In this document: positions 24,995 to 38,660 of the stretch, in pieces
Numbering within the stretch: the first letter of the stretch is position 1
Layout of the letters: the number at the start of each line of letters is the position of its first letter
NCBI RefSeq assembly: GCF_006345805.1
Contig: NC_043010.1
Span: forward strand, 63,426,001-63,490,000
DNA length: 64,000 bases
Direction of reading: 5' to 3'
Origin: Octopus sinensis
Taxonomy: Eukaryota
Notes under the pieces: model-generated
Told to the model about the DNA's origin: nothing
The model's database searches: none
Seen by the model: only the letters and a program-made list of their open reading frames with translations
Translations under genes and position numbers: made by a program

Positions 24995-27900
24995 CACACA
25001 CACACACACAGATATATATATATATGTATGTATATTGCTTCCTGCATGCATATGCCTTTTGCATGTATTTGGATTGTAAGTTAAAGCTCTCTAGTAATAA
25101 TAGTTTTAATCGTGTTGACTTTGTCCATTAAGTATAACATCTGCACCCAGAAGATATTTGTGTCTGAGGAGGTAATTTGTACCTGTGTGTGTGTGCATGT
25201 CCGTGCACATGGGACGAGAGGGGAGAGGGGCGTGCACTGCTTCCTTGTAATGAGAGAAGAATGGGTCTATTATTCCTTGTACATAATGTTGTAGACTTCC
25301 AACCCACTTTTCTCTCCCCAAACTGCTTATTTATATATACTCCTACCACCACAATGCCATGCCTCAGCCTTCTTCCCCACTGGCCCTCAGTTATGCCATC
25401 TGTAAATCTTATCAGCTGAGCTTTACAATACTTTATTGGTAAATACTGTGCACATGGTGCACATTGATGCATCATTGCTGCACCATGGCGAGTGCACTTG
25501 CAGTCAGTTTGTCATCTTGGTGTAATTAGTTGTTATTTATTTTTTTTATGTGTTGTTGTTGTCAGTCTTGTGGTTAACCTTACCCTGCCCCCTGCCCAGC
25601 CTGACTTGTAGCCCCACACTTTACGATCCACACCTGGCAGTGACTTAATAAGGTGGATGTCTTTACCTGCCACAGTGTCTTAGATACCATAAATGTGAAA
25701 TTGGTGAACAAATTAAAATGCATCACAGGTTTTCGAGTTCTAATATCCAAAGTTAATTAAAATACCTGTGTTGTCGCCTCCTGTTTAATTTTTTTTCATC
25801 AGAATTATTCAATAAGAAAATGATTTTTGTCACCTTAAGGTTGTAGTTTTAATTAATAAAAAATTTTTAGGCTGACTTCATTAAACCTGTTCATACCTAC
25901 TTCAAATACTTTGCTGTGTCTCCTTGGGTACTACACTTAATTTCACATGTTTTACTTTACATAACCTCAGCTCACCTTAGCAAGTGATGGTACCAGGTTA
26001 CAAGGTTTTGTAACCTGGTACCATCACTTGTACCAGGTTACAAGGTTCTGTGTTCAATCCCAGGGTGCTGTGTCTTGGGAAAGTGTTCTGCTGTGGTTAC
26101 CCAATTTTTTGTGAGTAATATTTAGGAGATAAAAAACTATCTGCAAGTCCATGTGTGTGCGAAGGTACTTAGGGAGTTGCACTTGTGGTTATGGGTCAAT
26201 GGTTTCAATTCCTGGACTGGGCATTGTGTTCGATTCATGAACAAAATATTTAATTTCTTGTTGTTCCAGTCTACTCAGCTGTAGATTTGCACCAACAATA
26301 GCTGGGAGATTAATCCTTCGACAGACTGGTGTCTCATTCAGTGGGGTAATGTTGGAATCTCAGTCCCCGACATGCCATGGAAACCGGGTGGGGGTAGGGG
26401 GGTGTGGCTCAGTGGTTTAGGTTTTGGACTTGTGATCATATGATTGTGGTTTTATTTCCTGTACTGTGTGATGTGTCATACCCTTGAACAAAACACTTCA
26501 TTTCACATTGCCCCCATACACTCAGCTGGCGAAAATGAGAAATCTTGTGACGGACCATCCTCCCATTCACGAATGGAGTATTTCCGCCACAAAACCAAGG
26601 AAACCGACACCATGAGTCTATGGAGCTATCCATGGAAACTGTGTCAGCCTTATGAATCCTAAGGCTCAGGAAAATGAGAATAATTAAATAAACGCATGTG
26701 TTTGTGTATGTATCTGCATCTGTGTGGATGTTTACATCGTGTAGTCCCTTGGAAAGAAAATGACTGTGTTATGGGTTGGTGTTGTCTGATGTTATTTCCT
26801 TGTCACAATGTCTGGGAGTGAAAGTTACCCTTGCTGGGAATGCAAGCAAGGCTTAGCAGCTGAGAGGGCAGCTGGCTGTAAAACAGTGTTTCAACAATAT
26901 GTATTCACCTAACCCATGCTAGCTAGCATGAAGGATGTAAATGAAAGAATATATATGTGTGCGTGTGCTTGTTTAAACAATGCACAAACAGGTATATATA
27001 TGTACACAGTATATATATATATATATATATCATCATCATCGTTTAACGTCCACTTTCTATGCTGGCATGGGTTGGACAAATATATATACACATATATATG
27101 TGTGTGTGTATCTATATATAATGCATATATACATATTTCTTTATTGCCCACACGGGGGTTAAACATAGGGGACAAACAAGGACAGACAAAGAGAGTAAGT
27201 TAATTACATCAACTCCAGTGCTTAACATGTACTTATTTAATTGACCCCTAAAGGATGAAAGGCAAAGCCGACTTCGGCAGAATTTGAACTCAGAACCTAA
27301 CGGCAGACAAAATATCACTAAGCATTTCACCCGGCATACTAATGACTCTGCCAGCTTGCCACCCTATAATACATATATATTAGTAAATGCATGTGCACAT
27401 AAACACACAGATGCTAATTGGGTAAGATCAGACATATACACACATCAACATATTCACATAGAGACACAGGTCACAGGTTTAATAGCTGGTCCCTTTATTT
27501 TCACTTAACCACTTTCTGTGCCTTTTAGCAGGGTCAGGCCTCGCATGGCCACAGGAGGCTGATAAAAGGTCCAAGGGTGCTATCCTTCTTTCTTTCTCTC
27601 TTTCTCACTCTGGCTAAGCCATCTAAATATAAACACACTCATTTAACCTTGTGGTGTGTGTGTGTGCATAAATCACTTCCAGTTTATATAAATTCCCCTA
27701 TAAATAAACTATTTATTTCCTGTCCTGCAAACTCTGCTGACTGCGGCTTTTGTCACTTGTGACACTGGAAACAAGGACACTGACCTTCTTTTCCCTTTCA
27801 GAGTGTCTATGTATGTCACCAGCTATGGCCTCTCTGTCTGTGTGCGTGTGTGCACATGCTCTTGTGTCTATAATTAGCATTATGCGTAGCTTTGTGGATC

Positions 27901-29906
27901 TTGTAAACTACATTTTTTAAATAATCTGGTATTAAGTAGTATGTGTATCTCTGCACGCACGCATGTAGATTGTACATGTGTATGTGTTTATATATATGTA
28001 GCTGTAATATATATATATATATATACTCATATATATGTATACATATAAATGAGTATATGTCTGTGTGTGTGTGTGTATACTCATATATGAGTATACACAC
28101 ATAGAGTATATATATATGTGTGTGTGTGTACTCATATATGTATACAGATAAATGAGTATATATATATATATATATAGTGTGTGTGTGCATATGTATATCT
28201 TTATATGTAATTGTCGTAGTGTATGTATACATGAGTGTATATTTGGTTCTGTTGTCTATTCCAATGTATGAATGTCCAGTTGTCTGATCAACTGGACGAC
28301 CTACTCATTGATTTAGCATGTATTGTGGCTGAGTATTCCATAGACACGTATCTTAACATCATTCTAAAGTAGAATCGGTGAGACACTGCGACGAAGACGA
28401 CCTTTTTAATTACTGGTATAGTCCATCTGGAGGGCTTCTAAGCAGTCCCCTTCTACCTAATTTCAATCAATGTTTGGGTCCACCTGAGGATGTGTTAAAG
28501 ACACTTGCCTAAGATGCCACACTTTGCGATCGAACCTGGGTCCTCATCCTTACAAGCTGAACTTTTGAACCACTCTGTCTACATACATGCATGCCTGTGA
28601 GTGTGGAACCATTAATCCCAACATATTTTTTTTCTTATCTCTGTCCCTTTTTTTTCTTTCATCCCCTTCTGTCGAAGTGTGTGGGCTTCATATGTCAAAG
28701 ACTTTTCCATTTTCCCCTGAGCATCCAATTAACACACCTGTTTGTCATTCCCTCACCTGTCTCTGTCTTTTGTTTTCTGTACATTTGAACCTTATATATG
28801 TGAAAGCCAGGATTTATATTATTCCCTCAATCTATATGTATCTGTGTGTGTTATTAGGTTAGTGTTATTATATTTAATGTGTTGAGGGTCAAAAATTTCA
28901 TTACAAAAATCATGAACTAAGCAAAGGACAATACTGGGTCAGTGACTAATATTTTGATAATTTTACAAGTAAGGGAGACCACTCCAGGCAGAGTTTAGTG
29001 TTATTAGACCTCCTTAGTTAACACTCACTTGCTGGCTCAAGATCGTTAATATATTTCATCAAAATTCTGATTGAAATCTTTCACTGGCATTGTGTTTACT
29101 GTCTAAACTCCATTCTGTTTCCGATTAAAGATGGTTCCAGATTTTTTCCGAATTTTGATTGTTCTTTGCTTGTGTGTGTGATCAGAATTAAATGTGTGTG
29201 AAATATTCTTCATTACGCAACCAACTCAGTTGTTGTTTAACCCCAGGCTGGATGTATTTGATGACAGTTGTGATCAATGATAATTCACTTGTAATCTCTG
29301 TGTCATTTTTCCCCAGACACAGTTCACCCAGGACAATTTTATCCAATGTGTCCTTTTCTAAGATGGTAGGATATGATTTAAGGGAGGTTTGGTTGCTATT
29401 TCTAGGAGGGCAAGCAATCATGTATGGGGCCCCTAATTTCATTTACATGCACACATATATAATGTGTGTGTGTGTGAAATGAAGGGCTTTGCATTTTATA
29501 CACACACACTACATGGATATATGTGTGTGTCTGTATGTGTTTGTGGGCATGTACTTTTATGTACTCTGAGTAACCAACAAGCCAAGTCTACCTAGATGTA
29601 TTTAGTTTTGCAGTTCAGGAATTTGGGGTTGAAATTTAACTACAGAATCTACACAACAGACATGCACACATTTGGACTACACCTCATCAAACCTGATGTG
29701 GTCATTTAGCCTGCTAAAAATAGCAGCCAAATATACTTTGACTATAGGTCTGTCCTGTCAGAGCTAAACAACTGTCCCAGCAGTAACATGGTATAGTATA
29801 GTCCAAGATATGCCATGACTAAAAAATATAGAAGAAACCTAGAATAGTCTTGGATGGAATAGATTTCATTAGTGATCTGGCCTATTGGAGTTAATTATTC
29901 CAGTGT

Positions 29907-30150
29907 GGAGGTGCATGGCTTAGTGGTTAGGGTGTTGGAGTCATGATCGTAAGATTGTGGTTTCGATTCCTGGACTGGGCAGTATGTCATATTTTTCAGC
30001 AAAACCCTTTATTTCACATTGCTCCAGTCCACTAAGCTGACAAAAATACATAATCCAGCAATGGGTCAGCTTCCTGTCCAGTGGGAAATATGTGCACAAC
30101 AGAAACCAGGAAACCGGCCCTTATGAGCCCATATAGCTTGGGAAGGATCT
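29907..30150 (+). mobile_element. tRNA-derived SINE group C
   Basis: ggaggtgcatggcttagtggttag...gtttcgattcc tRNA-like head, then catttcacattgctccagtccact. Copies at ~26170-26385, 26400-26665, 60465-60670 (+) and 39770-40050, 42470-42760 (-). Confidence 0.75.
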
Positions 30151-30752
30151 TTACCCTTTTTTTTTATTATTCCAACCCCAATATTGTATAATATGGTTGA
30201 AGATAAGAGAGGATGGTCATGGTGGAATGTCTTTGATCATAAATCTGCTGCATCAGAGATTAACAACAATCCCAGCACTGACATTGTATAATATAGTCTT
30301 GGGTAAACTATGGCTGTAAAATAGACAGGATGGCCATTTCCGAAATGGTTTTGATCTTCACCTCCTGCATCAGAAAAAAACCCCTGGTTAGACAACAACA
30401 GTAACAATTCTTGGAACAGCCCCAAAATGCATGGATAAGTTTGGTGTAGCCAACACATATTTGTGTCGAAACCCAGCATTTCTAGTGTGAAACTGAATGT
30501 GTTGCCTAATTTGGAGTTTATTGAGAAGATCTCTGGATGGTACGACCAATTAGTTAGAACAGAGATATCCCTTGTGTGTGTGTGTGGTGGAGGTCTACAT
30601 ATTTTAACATACATGTATTGGTCTTCTCTGTGTTTGTATATATATCTTAACATAAATGTGGCATCAGTGCTTTAACATATATACATCATATTTCTGAAGC
30701 TGTATATAAAATATATGTATATATATATATGTGTATGTATGGATATGAGTGC

Positions 30753-30809
<57 letters not shown>

Positions 30810-31101
30810 AGTATGAGCATGTATGTATGTGCAATAAAAATATAGTTGTTTTGTAAAAAAATGTTTAAATATACAATAATAATAATAATAATTATAATAG
30901 ATGTTAGAAGCATTTGATGTAGAATCCGATTACAATTTCTAATAAATGAAATTATTGTAAACTATTTTTCATAAACTACAAAACAAAACAAAACAACAAA
31001 AAAAAACTATATGTAAATATATGCGAATTTCATTTCCTTAAATGGATATTCAGTTGCTCTGATATGAAACTGCAATAAACTAATAAATAAATGAATATAT
31101 G

Positions 31102-31147
<46 letters not shown>

Positions 31148-31225
31148 ATATATTGAAAATAATAAAAAAAAGCCAAAAAAATGTGAAACAAAGAAGTTGT
31201 TTTCTGTTTTGATTTGATATGTGTG

Positions 31226-31256
<31 letters not shown>

Positions 31257-31737
31257 GTATGTATGTGTTATATATATATATGTAGATGTGTGTTATATAT
31301 ATATATATGTGTGTATATATATATATATGTATGTGTATATATATATATAATATATGTATGTGTGTGTATGGTGCCAGGATCACTCCCTGGTTTATTCTTC
31401 CCCTCAAAAGAGCCAAAGAAATAAATTTTGTGTCAATCCCGTCTTTTTTTGTTATTATTATTATTATTATTATTAGTATGACATGTGACTGTCAGTCTGT
31501 CATGTGATGGACATGAAATTATATTTGCTATTCTGTCTCGCTGTGTATTTTGTCAATGACAATCTGGTTTGTTGTCATTATGTCAATATTCATTTTGTCC
31601 TCCACCATCGTCTTTCTCTATCATATCAATGTCCACATTGTCTCCTTTTCTGTCTATGTCCTATCTTACATCAATATGCATTTTGACTGTCTCCATAACA
31701 ACCATTATAATATATATATATATATATATATAGAAGG

Positions 31738-31788
31738 AGCTTCTACAGGACTAGAACTGTTTCATTCAAGAGAAATCTTCAGGAAGCT
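31738..31788 (-). ncRNA. Type I hammerhead ribozyme motif (mirror copy of 37027-37077)
   Basis: Exact reverse complement of the 37027-37077 motif, at the outer end of the left palindrome arm. Confidence 0.7.
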
Positions 31789-33572
31789 AGTTAACAAGAA
31801 TTGTATTGGCATTTATACATTTAGGCAGGTTTAAAGGGTGTGGTTTGGGGGGACTTTTTGGGGGTAGGCATAGCGCAAAATATCATACTTGGGGGAGTGG
31901 TCAAGGAGTCAGTGTTAAATTAGATAGAAGAAATAAATAAAAAATAAAAAATAAAAAATAAAAAAATCTATATATAAAAAAAAGGGGAATAGAGTTTTAG
32001 GTAAATAAGGAGATTCTCACTTATACCTATGCACACATGTATACATACATACACACACATACAAACATATATACACATACATACAACATACAACACATAT
32101 ATATACATATATATATACACTTACACATACATATACATATCTACACATACACATATATGTATACATACACACACTCACATGCATACACGTATACACACAT
32201 GTATATATACACACACGACCACACATACATATACGCACAGAAAAATATATATACACATACACACACACTCACATACACGCATACACACACATATCCACAC
32301 ACACATGCACACACAGCACACTAGTCCCTATATACACATATATACACATACACACACATATACACACACATACATACATATACATACATGTATATATATA
32401 TATACATATATACATATGTGTACCTATGCATACCTACACATACACACATATATATACACATACAAATACAGACCCATTCCCTAATTTTAATTTTATTATC
32501 TTCGTTTATTACTTTTGTTATCTTGGCCGCTTGGTCACAAACATCTTGGCTATGACAGCCAGTCCATTATCTGTCTACTGGAAAACAAGCACTCATTCAC
32601 TCACGCACACTCTTTAGCACGTACACTCACTCATTCGTACACTCATACACATACACGCACACACGCGTTATATTCATACATACATACATCTACATACATT
32701 CACGTATATACACATACGTACGCGTACCTACAGGTTCATGTCTACACTCTTAGAAGGCTAGTATATAATATACACCAATAAATATAAATACACACACATA
32801 CATATACACCTACATACAAATACATACATGTATATAATATATATATATATATATATTCACATATATATACACATATATATATATACATATACACACACAT
32901 ACGCATACACACACATATACATATATACACACATACACATACATACATATACACACATACACATACATACGTATACATACATACATACATCCATACATAC
33001 ATACATTATACACACACAACTCACATACATACATATATATACGCGCATATTATATATATAATATATATATATATATATATCATACACACACATACATATA
33101 CAAATATACGCACACACATACATACATACTCATATACTCATACACGCACATACACATGTACATGCGTACCACACACACACACACGCGCGCATCCATATAT
33201 ACACATAAGTACACACATGCGTAAAAGTATACATATATCTATGCTTACACATACACACACACACACGCGCCTCCTTATATTCATACTTACATGCATACTC
33301 AAAAAATAAGTAAATAGTAAAATATATATACGCGCAGTTATTCATACATGCATACTCAAAAAATAAATATTAAGTATATGTACGTGCAGTTACCTATTAT
33401 ATAGACGGATACATACATATAAACTTACACACACATATATATATATATACGATGATCCGGTTCTGGACTGAGACTGAGGGGTTCGAATGTCCTGTCCATG
33501 TTATTGTATCGTCTTCTATATACACGTTCTTGTCCATGTTGTATTTTCTACATACCTTAATATATATAATAT

Positions 33573-33608
<36 letters not shown>

Positions 33609-33732
33609 ATATACATACATATATACACCTAATATATACATACATATATACACATATATATATATACATACATATATACACATATATATACACATACATA
33701 CATACATACATATATATATACAACACACACAT

Positions 33733-33783
<51 letters not shown>

Positions 33784-33943
33784 CTTACACACATGTACAT
33801 ATAATACACACATAGAGATACTCTACGTACCTACATATACATAACACACGAGCGTACGCGTATATGTACATATACACATACACATACACACGCATATATA
33901 TACATACATACATACACATACACACATGTATACACACACACAC

Positions 33944-33980
<37 letters not shown>

Positions 33981-34347
33981 CACACACAACATATACCTAT
34001 ATACATATATATACACATATAAATAACACATACAATTTATCTACACTCACATACCTGCACATACACAAACTCTACATACCACATATACATCGACATACTC
34101 GCGTACACTCAATATAGATACACACACACACACACACACACATACATATAATCTATATATAACATACATACATACACATATACATACATGTACATATACA
34201 CATACACACACATATATATACACACACATACATGTATCAACAATTGAGGGTAAACTTTACCCTCAATTGTTGATATATGTATGTGTGTGTATATATATGT
34301 GTGTGTATGTGTATATGTACATGTATGTATATGTGTATGTATGTATG

Positions 34348-34421
<74 letters not shown>

Positions 34422-34659
34422 TGTATGTGTGTGTATATGTGTATTATGTATGTATATATTTATATATATGTATATGTATATGTATATGTATGTGTGTGTG
34501 TATATGTATATATGTGTATATATATGAGTGTACGCGAGTATGTCGATGTATATGTAGGTATGTAGAGTTATGTGTATGTGCAGGTATGTGAGTGTAGATA
34601 CAAATTGTAGATGTGTATATATATGTATGTGTATATATACATGTATATAGGTATATGTA

Positions 34660-34708
<49 letters not shown>

Positions 34709-34808
34709 TATATATATATGTATATGCGAGTATGTAGAGATATAAGTATGTGCATGTGTATATATATGTGTGTATATATATGTATGGTATGTGTATGTGG
34801 TATGTATG

Positions 34809-34842
<34 letters not shown>

Positions 34843-35324
34843 ATGTATGCATATACGTATGTATGCATGTATGTATATGTGTATGTATATTATGTATGTA
34901 AGTGTGTGTATATATGTAAATGTAAGTGTGTGTGCTTGTATGAGAATGTATGTATGTTTGCACACATGTATATATGTGTGTGTATGTGTATATGTATATA
35001 TATATATGTATATATATATGTATATATATATATATATATGTATAATATGTGTATCTATATATACGTGTATATGTGTGTGTGTGTATACATGTGTGTATGA
35101 GTATGTATGTATGTATATATATGCGTGTGTATGTGTATGTGTATATGTACATATACGCGTACGCTCGTGTGTTTATGTATATGTAGGTACGTAGAGTTAT
35201 CTATGTGTGTATTTATATGTACATGTATGTAAGTATGTATATATATATATATATGTGTGTATGTGTGTGTGTGTATATATATATGTATGTATGTATGTAT
35301 GTGTATATATATGTGTATATATGT

Positions 35325-35364
<40 letters not shown>

Positions 35365-35965
35365 AAGTTTATATGTATGTATCCGTCTATATAATAGGTA
35401 ACTGCACGTACATATACTTAATATTTTTTGAGTATGCATGTATGAATAACTGCGCGTATATATATTTTACTATTTACTTATTTTTGAGTATGCATGTGTA
35501 AGTATGAATATAAGGAGGCGCGTGTGTGTGTGTGTATGTGTAAGCATAGATATTATGTATACTTTTACGCATGTGTGTACTTATGTGTATATATGGATGC
35601 GCGCGGTGTGTGTGTGTGTGTATGGGTACGCATGTACATGTGTATGTGCGTGTATGAGTATATGAGTATGTATGTTGTGTGTGGTATATTTGTATATGTA
35701 TGTATGTATATGTATGTGTGTGTAGAATATATATATAATATATATAATATATATATATATATGCGCGTATATATATGTATGTATGTGGGGTGTGTATGTG
35801 ATAATTGTATGTATGTATGGATGTATGGATGTATGTATGTATGTATACGTATGTAGTGTATGTGTGTATATGTATGTATGTGTATGTGTGTATATATATG
35901 TATATGTGTGTGTATGCGTATGTGTGTGTATATGTATATATATATATATGTGTATATATATGTGA

Positions 35966-35997
<32 letters not shown>

Positions 35998-37026
35998 ATT
36001 TGTATGTAGGTGTATATGTATGTGTGTGTATTTATATTTATTGGTGTATATATATAGACTAGCCTTCTAAGAGTGTAGACATGAACCTGTAGGTACGCGT
36101 ACGTATGTGTATATACGTGAATGTATGTAGATGTATGTATGTATGAATATAACGCGTGCGTGCGTGTATGTGTATGAGTGTACGAATGAGTGAGTGTACG
36201 TGCTAAAGAGTGTGCGTGAGTGAATGAGTGCTTGTTTTCCAGTAGACAGATAAATGGACTGGCTGTCATAGCCAAGATGTTTGTGACCAAGCGGCCAAAG
36301 ATAACAAAAGTAATAAACGAAGATAATAAAATTAAAATTAGGGAATGGGTCTGTATTTGTATGTGTATATATGTGTGTATGTGTAGGTATGCATAGGTAC
36401 ATATGTATATATGTATATATATATATACATTATGTATATGTATGTATGTGTGTGTGTATATGTGTGTGTATGTGTTATATGTGTATATAGGGACTAGTGT
36501 GCTGTGTGTGCATGTGTGTGTGGATATGTGTGTGTATGCGTGTATGTGAGTGTGTGTGTATGGTATATATATTTTTCTGTGCGTATATGTATGTGTGGTC
36601 GTGTGTGTATATATACATGTGTGTATACGTGTATGCATGTGAGTGTGTGTATGTATACATATATGTGTATGTGTAGATATGTATATGTATGTGTAAGTGT
36701 ATATATATGTATATATGTGTGTGTATGTATGTGTGTATGTATATGTATATATGTTTGTATGTGTGTGTATGTATGTACATGTGTGCATAGGTATAAGTGA
36801 GAATCTCCTTATTTACCTAAAACTCTATCCCCCTTTTTTTATATATAGATTTTTTTTATTTTTTATTTTTTTATTTTTTATTTATTCTTCTATCTAATTT
36901 AACACTGACTCCTTGACCACTCCCCCAAGTATGATATTTTGCGCTATGCCTACCCCCAAAAAGTCCCCCACCAACACCCCTTTAACCTGCCTAAATGTAT
37001 AAATGCCAATACAATTCTTGTTAACT

Positions 37027-37077
37027 AGCTTCCTGAAGATTTCTCTTGAATGAAACAGTTCTAGTCCTGTAGAAGCT
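37027..37077 (+). ncRNA. Type I hammerhead ribozyme motif (complete core)
   Basis: Stem I AGCTTC 37027-32 / GAAGCT 37072-77; CTGAAGA 37033-39; stem II T-TTC(tctt)GAA-T; GAAA 37052-55; stem III ACAG/CTGT with 8-nt loop; GUA triplet 37069-71. Confidence 0.75.
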
Positions 37078-37167
37078 CCTTCTATATAATAAATTAATTT
37101 TACTCTGCTATGTATTGAGTACCTTATTTACTGTGGTTAACCCCGAATCAACCGGGACCTACATATA

Positions 37168-37208
<41 letters not shown>

Positions 37209-37241
37209 GTGTGTGTATATGTGTGTGTGTGTGTGTATATA

Positions 37242-37274
<33 letters not shown>

Positions 37275-38526
37275 ATAATATATCATCATCATCATCATCG
37301 TTTAACGTCCGTTCTCCATGCTAGCACGGGTTGGACGGTTCGACCGGGGATCTGGGAAGCCAGGAGGCTGCACCAGGCTCCTGTCTGATCTGGCAATGTT
37401 TCTACAGCTGGGTGCCCTTCCTAACGCCAACCACTCCAGGAGTGTAGTGGGTGCTTTTTACGTGCCACCGGCACGGAAGCCATTCGAGGCGGCACTGGCA
37501 TATATAAACACCTTTTATCAATTCAAAATGAACAATTAAATTACACCATCTAGATAATTACATATAATAAAAATATATATATTATATTGTGTGAAATTTG
37601 ATTTAATATTTCTAAATTGTATTTTTTTCCTTGTAAGTTTGGATTTTATTCCCTCAAATAATAATAGAATTATTACATCATGTGAAAAAAAAAACCGTTT
37701 TCATCAGGTGAATATATGCAAAAAAACACTCCACGAATCCAAGAATGTGTCATTTCATGGTCCATAGTGAATTCCATCTGTTGTTACTTGCTTTTATTTA
37801 TATATATATATATATTGGCCTGCTCACTTAGTCAGTGGGGTTGCATCATTTGAAGGCTAAAACAATGCGAAGCGCAATGTGACCAGTGATGTGTAGAAAC
37901 ATCTGATACATGGAGGCAGATGCTACACAATAATGATGATATATATTTCCTGGCTTTTAGTAAAGGAAAATACAGGAGAATCAGATAATTACGATTTTAT
38001 TCAACATATTCTTCTCTCAAATTCACGCCCTTATTGCAGTGGTCCTTCAGTTTTCTAAGCCCTGTGAAAGAACTTGGAAGGTTGGGCCTCCAATCAGGCC
38101 CTTTGTGATACCCTTAAAGCCAGGAACTTTTCAGCACCCCCTCATGTATATATTTTGTCTTTTACTTGTTTCAGTCGTTAGAGTGTGGCCATGCTGGGGC
38201 ATTGTACTTGAATTTTAAGTTGAGCGAATCGACCCCAGTACTTATTCTATCAGTCTCTTTTGCTGAACTGCTAAGTTATGGGGACGTAAACACACCAACG
38301 CCAGTTGTCAAGTGATGGGGGTGGGTAAAGACACACACACACACATATACGATGGGCTTCTTTCAGTTTCCATCTACCAAATCTACTCACAAGGTTTTGG
38401 TCAGCCCAAGGCTATAGTAAAAGACACTTGCCTAAAGTGCCACTCAGTGGGACTGAAACCAGAACCATGGAGCTGGGATGCAAACTTCCTGCCACACAGC
38501 CATGCCTATGTATGTGTGTGTATATA

Positions 38527-38660
38527 CAGTAATCCCTCGCCATATTGCGGTACATTTAAAGGTACATTTTAAAGGGGCTGGTGTAGGCTACGGCTGTGAT
38601 TTCACTTTTCTTGCCGGGTCTTCTCAATCACAGCATATCTCCAGAGGTCTTGGCCTTTCG
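38527..38660 (+). mobile_element. Possible pogo/Tigger-type left end
   Basis: TA-CAGTAATCCCTCG start only; no matching right TIR seen. Confidence 0.3.

Larger units (their letters stand above)
31731..37084. repeat. Giant inverted repeat (palindrome), arms ~2.5 and ~2.8 kb, 1-nt spacer at 34255
   Basis: Non-simple blocks mirror each other (31731-32030 vs 36790-37084; 32460-32770 vs 36050-36360). Centre reads TATCAACAATTGAGGGTAAA-C-TTTACCCTCAATTGTTGATA. Confidence 0.9.

Noticed and set aside
30237-30653. 138-aa ORF in non-repetitive sequence
   Set aside because: It starts in a microsatellite, has no recognisable motif and has no convincing splice context.
34235-34275. Palindrome centre as a sequencing adapter or protelomerase site
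   Set aside because: No adapter sequence I recognise, and only a few bases resemble a telRL site; not supportable.
32017-36897. Dozens of long ORFs up to 407 aa (HT/YI/CV-rich), plus similar ones at 19-426, 13842-14672 and 20111-20759
   Set aside because: They are translations of TA/CA/CTAT microsatellites that happen to lack stop codons; no coding signal.
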